DNA from: Haliotis rubra
Lineage: Eukaryota
Reading direction: 5' to 3'
Assembly (NCBI RefSeq): GCF_003918875.1
Contig: NW_025765603.1
Coordinates: forward strand, 682,001 to 746,000
DNA: 64,000 bases
Shown here: positions 1-11,600 of the stretch, piece after piece
Position numbering within the stretch: the stretch's first letter is position 1
How the letters are laid out: each line of letters begins with the position of its first letter
The notes under the pieces: model-generated
What the model saw: the letters and a program-made list of their open reading frames with translations, nothing else
Database searches by the model: none
Told to the model about the DNA's origin: nothing
Position numbers and translations under genes: made by a program

Positions 1-3000
1 AACATACCGTGTTTGCTGCTGTAAGTCTCGGTTACCAAATCCAAGCAATATTACGACGGAATGTAAATACTCGCGTGTCGACCAGGTGAACCAGTGATTG
101 TGTTATAAGCCAGGTTCCAAGACGAAGTAAGACTACCTTTCCACGCAACCATCCAGGTCAACGAGACTTATGACCAATTCCATTCAGTCACCTCGTACAT
201 GAAAATCATCGAGTCTGGACTGAACAATCCAGTGATTGATGTTGTAAGCACGATACACGCCGTCGGGAGCCGTGGACGCCACCAACCAAAGTCACCGAGC
301 CTTGTCAGCCAATCAGTTACGAGCATCAATAGCCGGAATCTCCTTTGAGTCGGCCAGCCAGGTATAGCATATAGAGAAACGTCACCACTGAGGGCTGTCC
401 CTACTTCACTCGTCCTAAAAACTATTGCGAGAAAACAGCACAGTGGACGAAATAAAATGTTGAGATATAAATACAAGTGATAAAATACTGTTCTTTAGTC
501 GACCACCAAACAGAGGTTTACGAAATACTTTAAATGGAAGCACCAATGTCCAGGTAGATGCATGTTGATAACCTCAATGTAGGCAACGATTCAAGATGAT
601 GTCCTGGTGGAAGTTTTCTCGACAAAAATGGTCACAAAGTCTCAAACATTTTACGGAAGACATCTGGAGGCTATGAGCAGATTTTACACATCAATGCTGT
701 CCGATGCAATTCCCTATTTTGACCTTCACCATATGACCCCTATGTATTTTCGCAGCCAATTCGCAAACCAACTTTAACGAACTCCAAAGGAACCAAAAAC
801 AGTTTCTTACTATCCGAATAAGCACGAGGGTAACAACTCTTCAGTTATAACAAACTATACACCCGTGCTTTAATTAAGCACCACCCCATTTTGAAAATAA
901 GATGTGATGCTACAGAAACGTTTGGGTATAGCCATCAATTTAATCACCCTGTAGTTAAAGAGGCTTTATCCACTGACAGTTTTACAAATACCATAACCTA
1001 TTCTATTCTTTATGAAAGAATATGTTGATGAAAATGTGATGGGACTGAATTTGTACCCCAAATAACTATTCCTCTCCTGCTCAAACTACACAATTGAATT
1101 AAGTTTGGACTAAAATAACAATTCTGTTATATGCCAAGATGACATTTACACATCAAGTAAGCTTTAATTATGCATAATCAGGAAGAACCCGAATGTCGAA
1201 GATTCAGACCTTTTTCCAACAATTCAGACTGCTAATTGATAAAAACAGAAAAATGGGCAAATTAATAAGATTTTGGAATAATTTTTTTATGATTTTTTTC
1301 CGTCAGTATATTCAGGATGGATAACATTACAGATGACAAGAGTCTGAAGACTGACTGACTGAGTTAAGTTTTACGCCGCTTTTAGAAATATTCCAGCAAT
1401 ATCACGGCGGAGTGTCTGAAGAAGAAATACCAGCCTTCATAGTGGGATGTTGTATAAAATTATACTGGTGAAAAAAATCATTTTTGATTGAATGCACGCG
1501 AAATGCTGATGTAATTTATAAGATATGACTGTAAAACCTAAGTTTTTGCTGTGCAAAATATAAGTGTATATATTTACGTACTTTTGTATATAAGCATGAA
1601 TAATTATATATATTTTTTGCAAGCTATATATTTGTATTACACCCAGAAAGCGAAATAAAGAATGGTGATTCATACAAGACCAGATGTCTCGAGCTGCTTT
1701 ACGGCCGTCAACGCCGGATTAAGAACAAATAGGTTCGACTCCAAAATTCACTCAATTATAACTATTATGGTAATCTCCATAGGCCTTGGAGAATCACACA
1801 AGATTTGAATCGTAGGTTAACGTGCGAGGTATCCTCGTGGATGGCAGAAGGAACTGCTTCTACTGTTGGTCAGTGGTATTGGTCTGTATACAGGGAATCG
1901 AACCCTTAATCAGACCAATCTCAAAGGAGATTCCGGCTATTGGTCTGTATACAGGGAATCGAACCCTTAATCAAGACTCATTGAGTCTTTTAGCTAAACC
2001 TATACCCAAAGATAGAAATGTAACCCAACAGATGAAGTAGGTGGAATGTAAAATGTTTATTTCACGCATTATGCTGTATTTCTTCTGGAGAAAACCGAGA
2101 AAATACCTGTATACAAATACATACATACAAAAACAGGCCGGGGGTTGCCTAGTGGTTAAAGCGTTGGCTCGTCACGCCGAAGACCCGGGTTCGATTCCCC
2201 ACATGGGTACAATGTGTGAAACCCATTTCTGGTGTTCCCCGCCGCAATGTTGCTGGAATATTGCTTAAAACGGCATTAAACCATACTCACTCACTCAAAG
2301 CCAGGCCAAGTCCGTTGGCTTTTTGATACACGCATCTCTGTTGCAAACACAAAACACAAGCATCACCATATTGGGCCACCCATTGATATTCTGGGGAGAC
2401 TATGGAACTCCACCATACTGGGAAAAATATTTTACGTCATGTTTTACAAAAACATATTCTGAATATGCTGAACGTTTCGGAAAGAAGATTAAAAAAAACA
2501 GATAATGTTTGGCTTCGGCTTTCAGATACAATAACAAAACAATGATTATTTTGTATCATGTTTTAGAAAAATAATGTCTTAGAAATGACTGTTAAACAAA
2601 ATTACGAAAGAAATGAACGTTTTTGGCTTCTGATTTCCTGCGTAATTACAACATGCATTTTGTTTTCTACAAAACTGCAAGTGTAACTTGAAGGGTCGGT
2701 CACATGCATCCTCACAATCATGTTAACCCTTCGTATCGCTTCGTATGTATACATATTTTCATTGTCGAATTGCAAGTCTGCCAATTTCTGAAAATCGGCT
2801 CCTGTACGAATGATTCAAGACATGCGATCTTAGATTCTTCCCGTCGATCACTTACCTCCACATTCGCAGTCAAACGTCTACTCTCTCGGGACCGGGACAC
2901 AAATGGACAGATTTTTAAAAAAGATACATATCTCAAGACGTCGATTAATACTGACCAAAAAGTGATCTTCTTGCAGAATTGTCAGAAAATATAACTCGGA

Positions 3001-3261
3001 ATTTGTCTTCCAGAGAGATATATAAACATATATTGTCTGTACATGAGTGAGAGGAATGGATGGATCATAGCCACTAAACCTTCAAATATCAACCAATCAG
3101 TATTTTTATTCAAGCATGAAGGCAACTGAGTCCATATACATTAATATATACAACAAACGCAACAGAGGTATGAATATACATGTACGTCAACATATGTGTA
3201 CTATTTGTTTAAATAAGTTTCCTAAAGTTAAGTATATTTGCAGTTAGGTTTTCAGGTATAA

Positions 3262-3422
3262 GGGGCGGTGGGGTAGCCTAGTGGTTAAAGCGTTCGCTCA
3301 TCACGCCGAAGACCCGGGTTCGATTCCCCACATAGGTACAATGTGTGAAGCCAATTTCTGGTGTCCCCCGCCGTGATATTGCTGGAATATTGCTAAAAGC
3401 GGCGTAAAACCATACTCACTCA
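3262..3422 (+). mobile_element. tRNA-derived SINE family A (~165 bp), representative full copy
   Basis: A box TAGCCTAGTGG, B box GGTTCGATTCC, (CACT)n tail, TSD TTCAGGTATAA. Other approximate copies: 2136-2296+, 6030-6186-, 6548-6697-, 11753-11918-, 14421-14580-, 15470-15634-, 15638-15812-, 24980-25144+, 26611-26783+, 35719-35885-, 35900-36062-, 42420-42770+, 44340-44510+, 50912-51035+, 51608-51772-, 52274-52451+. Confidence 0.9.
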
Positions 3423-3439
3423 TTCAGGTATAATACATT

Positions 3440-4735
3440 TCCTTGTAATTTCATTACAAAGTGGGGAAAAAAGCCTGCTTGATTTTCTGATATTTTATAC
3501 ATTATATTTGCCCTATGTGTTAAACGTTTATTTAATATACTGGTATATAATTTACTTTAGATACTTAATAATGAATTGCCTCTGTAATTGTTTTGATTTG
3601 AACGCTCCTCTTTTTGTGTAAACTAATAAAAGTCGTTTTACTCCACGATTCTGGGGGACTGTCACTATCAAAATGATTATTGAATATAGCGAGAAGAAAA
3701 GGCATTACGATATTCTCCGATGATTTTATCATTTCTGTTAACACCAGGTGATTTTTCCATCCTTCAGGCCTTTTATAGCTTTCCGAATTTCGTCTTCCCT
3801 ACTATGACATTCTAGTATTTGTTTATCAACATTCTTATTCGATAGCTGTAGGCACCTTTAATTCCGTATCCTGTTCAGGAAAGTTAGGATAATGAATTGT
3901 TTTGAAAAGATAATACCAAGTTTCATCGAAAATATATTCAGATTAGGTAGTTTTTTCGACTCCTTCCAGAATAATTTAGATTTCTAATCTAATTAAGTAC
4001 ACCTTTCTAGATGTATTTTGTTCACATTTTTCCCAGTTTCTGCATACTTTTGAGTTGACAATATCTATTTTTATAAACTGTATTTCCGTCATTCGTAAGG
4101 GCTTAAGGCTTTTCCTTGTTTGTAACTTTGACCAGTGACATTCGCAACCATACACATATTTAAGTTTAATTTGGGAGATTCTTTTCTTTCTCATACATTT
4201 TGCGGCATCTGATATGTAGTCGAAATATGACAAATATATCTGAACAGTGTGTCTGTTAACATTCGTGATATGTTTCTGGTCCACTGAAGTGATGTTCATG
4301 AAAGACTTTACATTTAAGCCGCGATGTCAGTTTCCTCCATTCTATTACGTTCTTAATGTTAAGTTTAAAGCCGAGAATTATTAGTATATGTCTGCTTTAT
4401 CACATACCCTAAAGCTATCAAAGTATTTCAAGAAATTTTTGGGAGGAAATCTTATGATAATTAACACAACAGCTTTGTTCAGAAATGTGAAGTGACCTTT
4501 ATCATCGCCTTTCATGTTAACTATGAACAGATTGAAAAAGATGCAAAAATTTAAAAAGTAATCCCAAAATCTATTTAAAACACTATCTTGAGTAAATCGA
4601 ACACATAAAGGTACTGGCTCATCTTCAGGAAAGTAATTTTTGCATCCATCAGGTGGTATATTGCGACCTCCAACACGACCATTGAAATCTCCCAAAATAT
4701 ATACATCGCAATCAGTCACATAGTGCGGGTTATTA
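3440..4735 (-). mobile_element. Degenerate LINE ORF2 fragment (AP-endonuclease end to start of RT)
   Basis: VYILGDFNGRVG...LNFC...IVN...GHFTF endonuclease motifs in the C-terminal part of ORF 4381..5217; frameshifts and stops downstream. Confidence 0.75.
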
Positions 4736-5540
4736 AGCTGGTGATCCGAGAACATAAAGCTGGTGATCCGAGCACTTGAAGCTGGCGATCCGAGAACATG
4801 CAGCTGGTGATCCGAGAACATAAAGCTGGTGATCCGAGCACTTGAAGCTGGCGATCCGTGAACATGCAGCTGGTGATCCGAGAACTTGAGAAGCTGGTGA
4901 TCGCAGAAGGTGAAACTGGTGATACGAGAACACGAAGCTGGTGATCCGTGACATGACACTGGTTTTCCGAGAACATGAAGCAGGTGATCCGATAATATAA
5001 AGAAGATGATCCGAGAACATGAAACTGGTGATCCGAGAAGATGAAACTGGTGATCCGAGAACATGAAGCAGGTGATCCGATAACATGAAGCTGGTGATCC
5101 GGGAACTTGAAGATGGTGATCCAAGAACACGAAGCTGGTGATCCGAGAACATGAAGATGGTGATCCGAGAACATGAAGATGGTGATCAGGAACACGAAGC
5201 TGGCGATCCGAGAACATGAAGATGGTGATTCAAGAACACGAAGCTGGTGATGCGAGAACATGAAGATGGTGATCCGGGAACATGAAGCTGGTGATCCGAG
5301 AACACGAAGCTGGTGATCCGAGAACAGGAAGATGGTGATCCGGGAACACGAATCTGGTGATCCGAGAACATGAAGATGGTGTTTCAAGGACACGAAGCTG
5401 GTGATGCGAGAACATGAAGATGATGATCCGGGAACATGGAGCTGGTGATCCGAGAACACGAATCTGGTGATCCGAGAACATGATGATGGTGATCGGCGAA
5501 CATGAAGCTGGTGACCCCAGAATTTGAAGACGGTGATCCC
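4736..5540. repeat. 22-bp minisatellite (GAAGCTGGTGATCCGAGAACAT), ~36 copies, just 3' of the channel stop codon
   Basis: Visible periodicity; produces spurious repetitive ORFs. Confidence 0.95.
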
Positions 5541-5560
5541 AAAATGTGAAACTCTAAAGT

Positions 5561-5670
5561 TCAGCGTTTGTTTGAAAGCCTTATTGCTTGAAATATGATG
5601 AGGTCTAAGATTTCCACGATTGTGAGGACACTGGCTCCGATGAAGAGTCCCATAGATCCCCCGATGTCAC
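5561..5670 (-). CDS. DEG/ENaC exon 10 (TM2 with GAS selectivity belt, stop)
   Basis: taccag| CDIGGSMGLFIGASVLTIVEILDLIIFQAIRLSNKR*. Confidence 0.95.
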
Positions 5671-8600
5671 CTGGTACAAGAGTAAGTGTTTGAGTGAGTG
5701 AGTGGGTGAGTTTTAGCATTATAGCAATAGCACTTTTAGCAATTTTACAGCAATATCATGGCGGTGGGGGATGACAAGCGGAACAAATGATATACCAAGA
5801 CGGACAAGGTAAATTAGAGGTGAAAATAGTATGAATGGAACACTGAAAATTAGTGATGAAATATCTATAATATCTGCTTTTATTAGAAACCCAAACGCAG
5901 TAAACTACAAACCCAAAGGGACCAGTACGTTTACTTCCATATATCCTTCCGTCGTTCGTTAAACGCACTTCGGCTAAAATATACTACACGTTACCATGGA
6001 AACGTAGCTAATTGTACATCTAAACTGAATGAGGGAGGTTTTACACCGCTTTTAGCAATATTCCAGCAATATCATGGCGGGGGACACCAGAAATGGGCTT
6101 CACACTTTGAACTCATGTGGGGAATCGAACCAGGGTCTTCGGCGTGACGAGCCAACGCTTTAACCGATAGGCTACACCACCGCCTCTGAAGCTGGATACA
6201 GATAGTCACAGTCTGCTGGATGTAAGATTTGTATGTTGGCTGCTTGACGCTGTATCATAATGGCCGCCTGTAATTGATCGAATCTAGGTCGGACAGGCCA
6301 GTGATATTTTTAGCAACGTTCAGCACCGTTGAGATATGATCCTCGTAATCAACACAGTCACTGAGTAACCAACCGATCCACAGAGACAATCATGTCTTGA
6401 TGGGAACCTAATCCGAATACCCACAGGACAAGTACTCACAGAACAGCGCAAACACGTCATAGGCAATTTGTTGAGTGTGTTTCTCATAGCTGAGTTGGCG
6501 GAAATAAACGTCCAACTTCAAGAAGTTTTCCCTGAAAAGAAACAGTTGTGAGTGAGTGAGTATGGTTTTACGCCGCTTTTAGCTGTATTCCAGCAATATC
6601 ACGGCGGGGGACACCAGAAATGGACTTCACACATTTTATCCATGTAGGGAATCGAACCCGAGCCAACGCTGTAGCCACCAGGCTACAACACCGCCCTATA
6701 TAAAGAAAGTAAAATGCAGAGACAGCTTTATGTGTGTGCATATTGAATATATCAGATTTGAATATATGTAAGAGAATACAACAGGTGTTAAATGAATATT
6801 TGTTGTGTAACATTGAAATAATACAGATACCATTGTATACGAATGTTTCAAGACGTCAGAACAATAATCGTATATATAAGCATATTGTGTGGACTATTAG
6901 CTTCCAAGAAGCATGGTTTTCAACAGACGGTAATCTTTCTCCACGGCATGGCATTACAAAGTATGATCGACTAATCTTACACTCATTTAGTTTAGTTCAA
7001 AAATTATTATAAAGGTCATTTCTTGCTAGATCATTCCCCAGCGGAATATACAAACAATCCGTTATTTAGTGAAGCAAGGAACAGATAGACTGTACCTTAT
7101 ATCCTGATCTCTTGATGGCAATAAAAAAGACAAGCATATAGTTAGTTGGGAGATAGAGAGTGTTGTGCAGTGGAAAATAAAACGATTGTGCAGAGCTATG
7201 CAAATTAATCTGAAAACCTATCAACTAAAATTTTGATCTTACCTTTTGGCCTAAAACAAGGAACTAAACGTGACAACTATTATAAGTGAGAAAACTATAG
7301 ATTTTACAAAGAACTAAACGTGATTCTCTTAAGTAATTCTAAATGAACTTTGAAATGAAATGACCCGCTAAATACCACTAATTGCCTAACCCTTAAACAT
7401 ACTAATGCAAGTTCAACAATCTAACGCCACAATAGCCAATTGAACCTACACATCTAACATCTAAGTCATTCGTAGTCTAAATGCCTAAACACGAACTGGA
7501 ACGAATGGCAGAAAGGAGCGAATGCCTATTCGTTTTTTCCGTGCAACATCTCCAGGTGTGTTCAAGCGAGCAGTTTTAGTGATAAAAACCAAAATGCCTT
7601 CAGAACAGAGAGCTATATTTAATCTCTAAAAAAACCAAAAAAACATTTTCAATAGAAATGTGCAATGAACAAATGATCACTTATTCGTGTTTCCTTATTT
7701 GATGGAAAGTTATTTAAGGCCATTGTTGACATCGTTGAGAAAAGGTATTAATATCTGTTCCGTTATCGTCCGACACATTCGTATTGTTAATATTCATCTG
7801 TATTGCTCATTATACAAAACAACAGAGATCGCCCTGTTTAAAATAAACAGCACACCCTGAAACACTGTCATCAGAATGTTCCATGGCCTACACAATTATC
7901 TATCCGGTGCAAACATTCAGTCAGGTGAATCAGAGTGTCTAGTGCAATATGGTTCCTTCAACTCTCTCACCGTTTTTCCTCAATCTCACATGAACATAAG
8001 CTAAATTCATTATTGTAATAATATTGAACACATTAGAATATACGTAGTCGTGGTTCCCTACAATCTTTACAATCTGCAGGCCGGGTTCATAGCTAAGAAG
8101 GAGGCACTTGGTGTCATAGCATTCTGTTTTAGAGAGAGAAAGATAAAAAAGAGAGTGATAGAGAGAGCGAGAGTGTGAGAGAGAGAGGGAGAGAGAGTGA
8201 GGGGGTTAGAGTGTGTGTATGTGAGAGTGAGAGGGGGAGAGCGAGACTGAGGGGAAGAGTGTGTGAAGGAGGGAGGAGAGAGAGGGAGAGAGGTGTATAT
8301 GAGAGAGGAGTGGGGGAGAGCGAGAGTGAGGGAGAGAGTGTGTGTATGTGAGAGAGTGAGGGGAGAGCGAGAGAGGGAGAGTGTGTGTATGTGAGAGAGT
8401 GAGGGGGAGAGCGAGAGAGAGAGGGAGAGAGTGTGTGTATGTGAGAGAGTGAGGGGGAGAGCGAGAGTGAGGGGGAGAGAGTGTGTGTATGTGAGAGAGT
8501 GCAATATGGTTCCTTCAACTCTCTCACCGTTTTTCCTCAATCTCACATGAACATAAGCTAAATTCATTATTGTAATAATATTGAACACATTAGAATATAC

Positions 8601-11600
8601 GTAGTCGTGGTTCCCTACAATCTTTACAATCTGCAGGCCGGGTTCATAGCTAAGAAGGAGGCACTTGGTGTCATAGCATTCTGTTTTAGAGAGAGAAAGA
8701 TAAAAAAGAGAGTGATAGAGAGAGCGAGAGTGTGAGAGAGAGAGGGGGAGAGAGTGAGGGGGTTAGAGTGTGTGTATGTGAGAGTGAGAGGGGGAGAGCG
8801 AGACTGAGGGGAAGAGTGTGTGAAGGGAAGGGAGAGTGAGAGAGAGAGAGAGTGTGTATGTGAGAGAGTGAGGGGAGAGAGAGTGAGGGGGAGAGTGTGT
8901 GTGTATGTGAGAGTGAGGGAAGAGAGAGAGGAGAGAGGTGTGTGTATGTGAGAAGAGTGAGGGGAGGCGAGAGAGAGAGGAGAGTGTGTGTATGTGAGAG
9001 AGTGAGGGGAGAGAGAGAGGGAGGGGTGTGTGTGAAGGGAGGGAGAGCGAGTGAGAGAGAGCGAAAGAGAGAGTGAGAGGGGAGAGAGAGAGAGAGAGAG
9101 AGTATGGAGAGAGTGAGGGGGGAGAGCGAGAGTGAGGGGGAGAGTGTGTGAAGGGAGGGGAGAGCGAGTGAGAGACAGAGAGTGAGAGGGGGAGAGAGTG
9201 AGTTAGAGAGAGAGTGAGAAATATATCAAACATTATCCACTTACTTGACAAACGTTGAATCAACGTGACTACTGGCGTAGAACTCGTCCATATGATCGGT
9301 GAGACTCTCAAGACTCCGCAGCAACGTCTCATCTTTGTTATCGAACCCACACTGGACGTCAATCATGTCTCGATGGTCGAGAAAGCTGTCCTTGATCTCC
9401 CGAGTTACCTCCGAGCTGTTTCTCAAGTACCTGCTAATGTCCATGTACCTCCAGTAAGGCATAAGGTCCACCTGCTTCAAGGTGAAGTTCCACATCTCTT
9501 GACTAACCACTGAAAGCTTCTCCCAGCTGTCGTAAACATTCTGTCCTCTATTCCTGACAGTTGCGAAGAACACATTTAAACTGTTGACATTATTCTGAAA
9601 AGTTTTAGATCTGAAGAAGTGTGACGCAACCTCAAGGCTAATATTCCCATAGGTCAAATAGTCCTCACACAAACGTTTTCCTTTCTGAACATCCTCTAAG
9701 GACAATAGGATGCTTTCTATTGCATCTCCTACGATGCCCAGATACTTTAACGTAACGCCATGTGCCTTTTTAAAGTCCTTTTTAATGTGAGTGAAATCCT
9801 GCTCCCTCTTATCTAACTGTATAATCATCCATTGTATAAAATCATAAAAGAAGTGGCTTTTACTTTGCAAAAACTGTCTGCACTTGTCTAGAAAATGTAC
9901 GTTAGCAAAATGTAATAAAGTGGTATTTATGGTTCCATTCATAAACGCTGACGCAGCAAGATTTTCGTATTCTTCCATCCAGTAAATCATTTCCTTGATA
10001 TCAGTCTCAAGCTGATTTGTACGCCTTCTGACAATCTCGGACCTATGAAATGCCTGATGAATCAGCTCCTTCGGAATCAGAAGGTAGCTGTATTCCCGAC
10101 TGAACTTTCTGAACCTGTAGTTAAAAACTGGCGTTCCATTGAGGTAGCTTGATAACAGCTGGGTGTGGTTTTGTATTGTTCTTTTGGCCATGTCTATCCT
10201 TGCTTCAAGCTGGTTCTTGACCATGATGAAGAGCATCTTCCTCACTGAGGTATCGCTGATCTCTGGATCAGCCAGTTGCTCAATTTTCCTTTCAACACTG
10301 AAGGTGAACTCCTGAACTCCATGTGCTATCACAGAGTAGGTTCGCTCGTTCATGGCATCTCTTGCCCGAGCAAGGTCCTTCAGATGAATGTAGTTCTGGT
10401 ACTGGAAATACATATACGTCTCATTCCAGTTCCATAAGAAGTCCTCGGAGATATTCAACAGTTGCTTTCTCTGTTCGTTGATCTTGACCTTTAGTTGATC
10501 CAAAACCACGTGTCTTAACACCTTGAAGTTTTGGTCCAAGGTTTGTAAGAGTGTTCGAAGTTCTTCAGCTTTGTTGATTTGAAGACGATGGGTGATGTCT
10601 CTGGCGTTCTGGTATTTCATTTTCAGGGCTGATCTGTTTGTGTTGCTGAGGAAACGGTCGATGACGAAGGTGGAGGTCGTGGCGTATGATACGGTTGCAT
10701 CAAAGAGTGTGTAGTTGCATGGGACAGGACAGTGACAGTTCTGTTGCACAGACTCTCGGATCTCCACTGTCAAAAATCAATTGAACGATTCAGTTGTTAA
10801 CCAAATATACCCCGTATGTCTCCTTCGCTCAATATGATTTGTCCTAGTCAGAGGTTCTTTTATATGTATGTACGTGTGTGTGTGTGCGTGTGTGTGGGTG
10901 CGTGTGCGTGTGCATGTGCGTGCGTGTGTGTGCTTTACAGATGTGAAATAGGCAAAATGGGACAGTTTCTCAGCCTAAGTAAACTTAGGCTCAGTATCAT
11001 TCGTTACACTGGTATATACTGAGTTTAACAAACCCTAGTAGAAAGAAGAACACAGCTTACGAAATCGCGATAGTTTTACATTTGTACTCTAACGATTCTG
11101 AATGCCATTTTCAGCACGATCGCTCCCGAGTGATACACATCTGTGAAGCTGTGTTCTGATTGGTCAATTCAAAAGGTTAGCTGACGCAACCTCCTACTAG
11201 GGTTTGTTGGACTCGGTATAGCGGTGTAACGAATAATACTGAGCCTAAATTTACTTAGACTCGGCAGTTTCTTTTAGTAATTAATGCATTGATTTCTCAT
11301 AATCCACCACATCTGTATATATGCGCCACTGCTGAAGTACGAAAAGCTGTTTCTAACAGAACACAATGGAGCCTTACCCGCAAAAGGCTTGTAACAACCG
11401 TAGTAATCCCCTAGAGTGCAGAGTGGAATGTCATCTGAAATTACACGGTCATAATGAACATTAAAAACGTGTAATACATGTCCCCGAGAATGAGGGGAAG
11501 CTGGTTTACGCCTTCTTGTAGCAGAATTCCAACAACATCAGCGGAGAACACCCGAAATGGATTCGTCCCCTTGTACCAAGGTTGAATAAGAACCCTGGTA

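Noticed and set aside
3262-3335. tRNA-like sequences with A and B boxes
   Set aside because: Each continues into a shared SINE body and tail with TSDs, so they are SINE heads rather than tRNA genes.
4381-5481. Overlapping repetitive ORFs (SDHQL/GSPAS/SRITS)
   Set aside because: They come from the 22-bp repeat; only the LINE endonuclease end of 4381..5217 has a real coding origin.
9241-9244. TAA ending the 510-aa ORF as the channel's stop codon
   Set aside because: It lies inside the GTAAGT donor; in-phase exons at 6440-6531 and 5561-5670 supply beta12 and TM2.
8067-9362. Ser/Leu/His/Thr-rich ORFs
   Set aside because: Translations of GA/GT low-complexity intron sequence.
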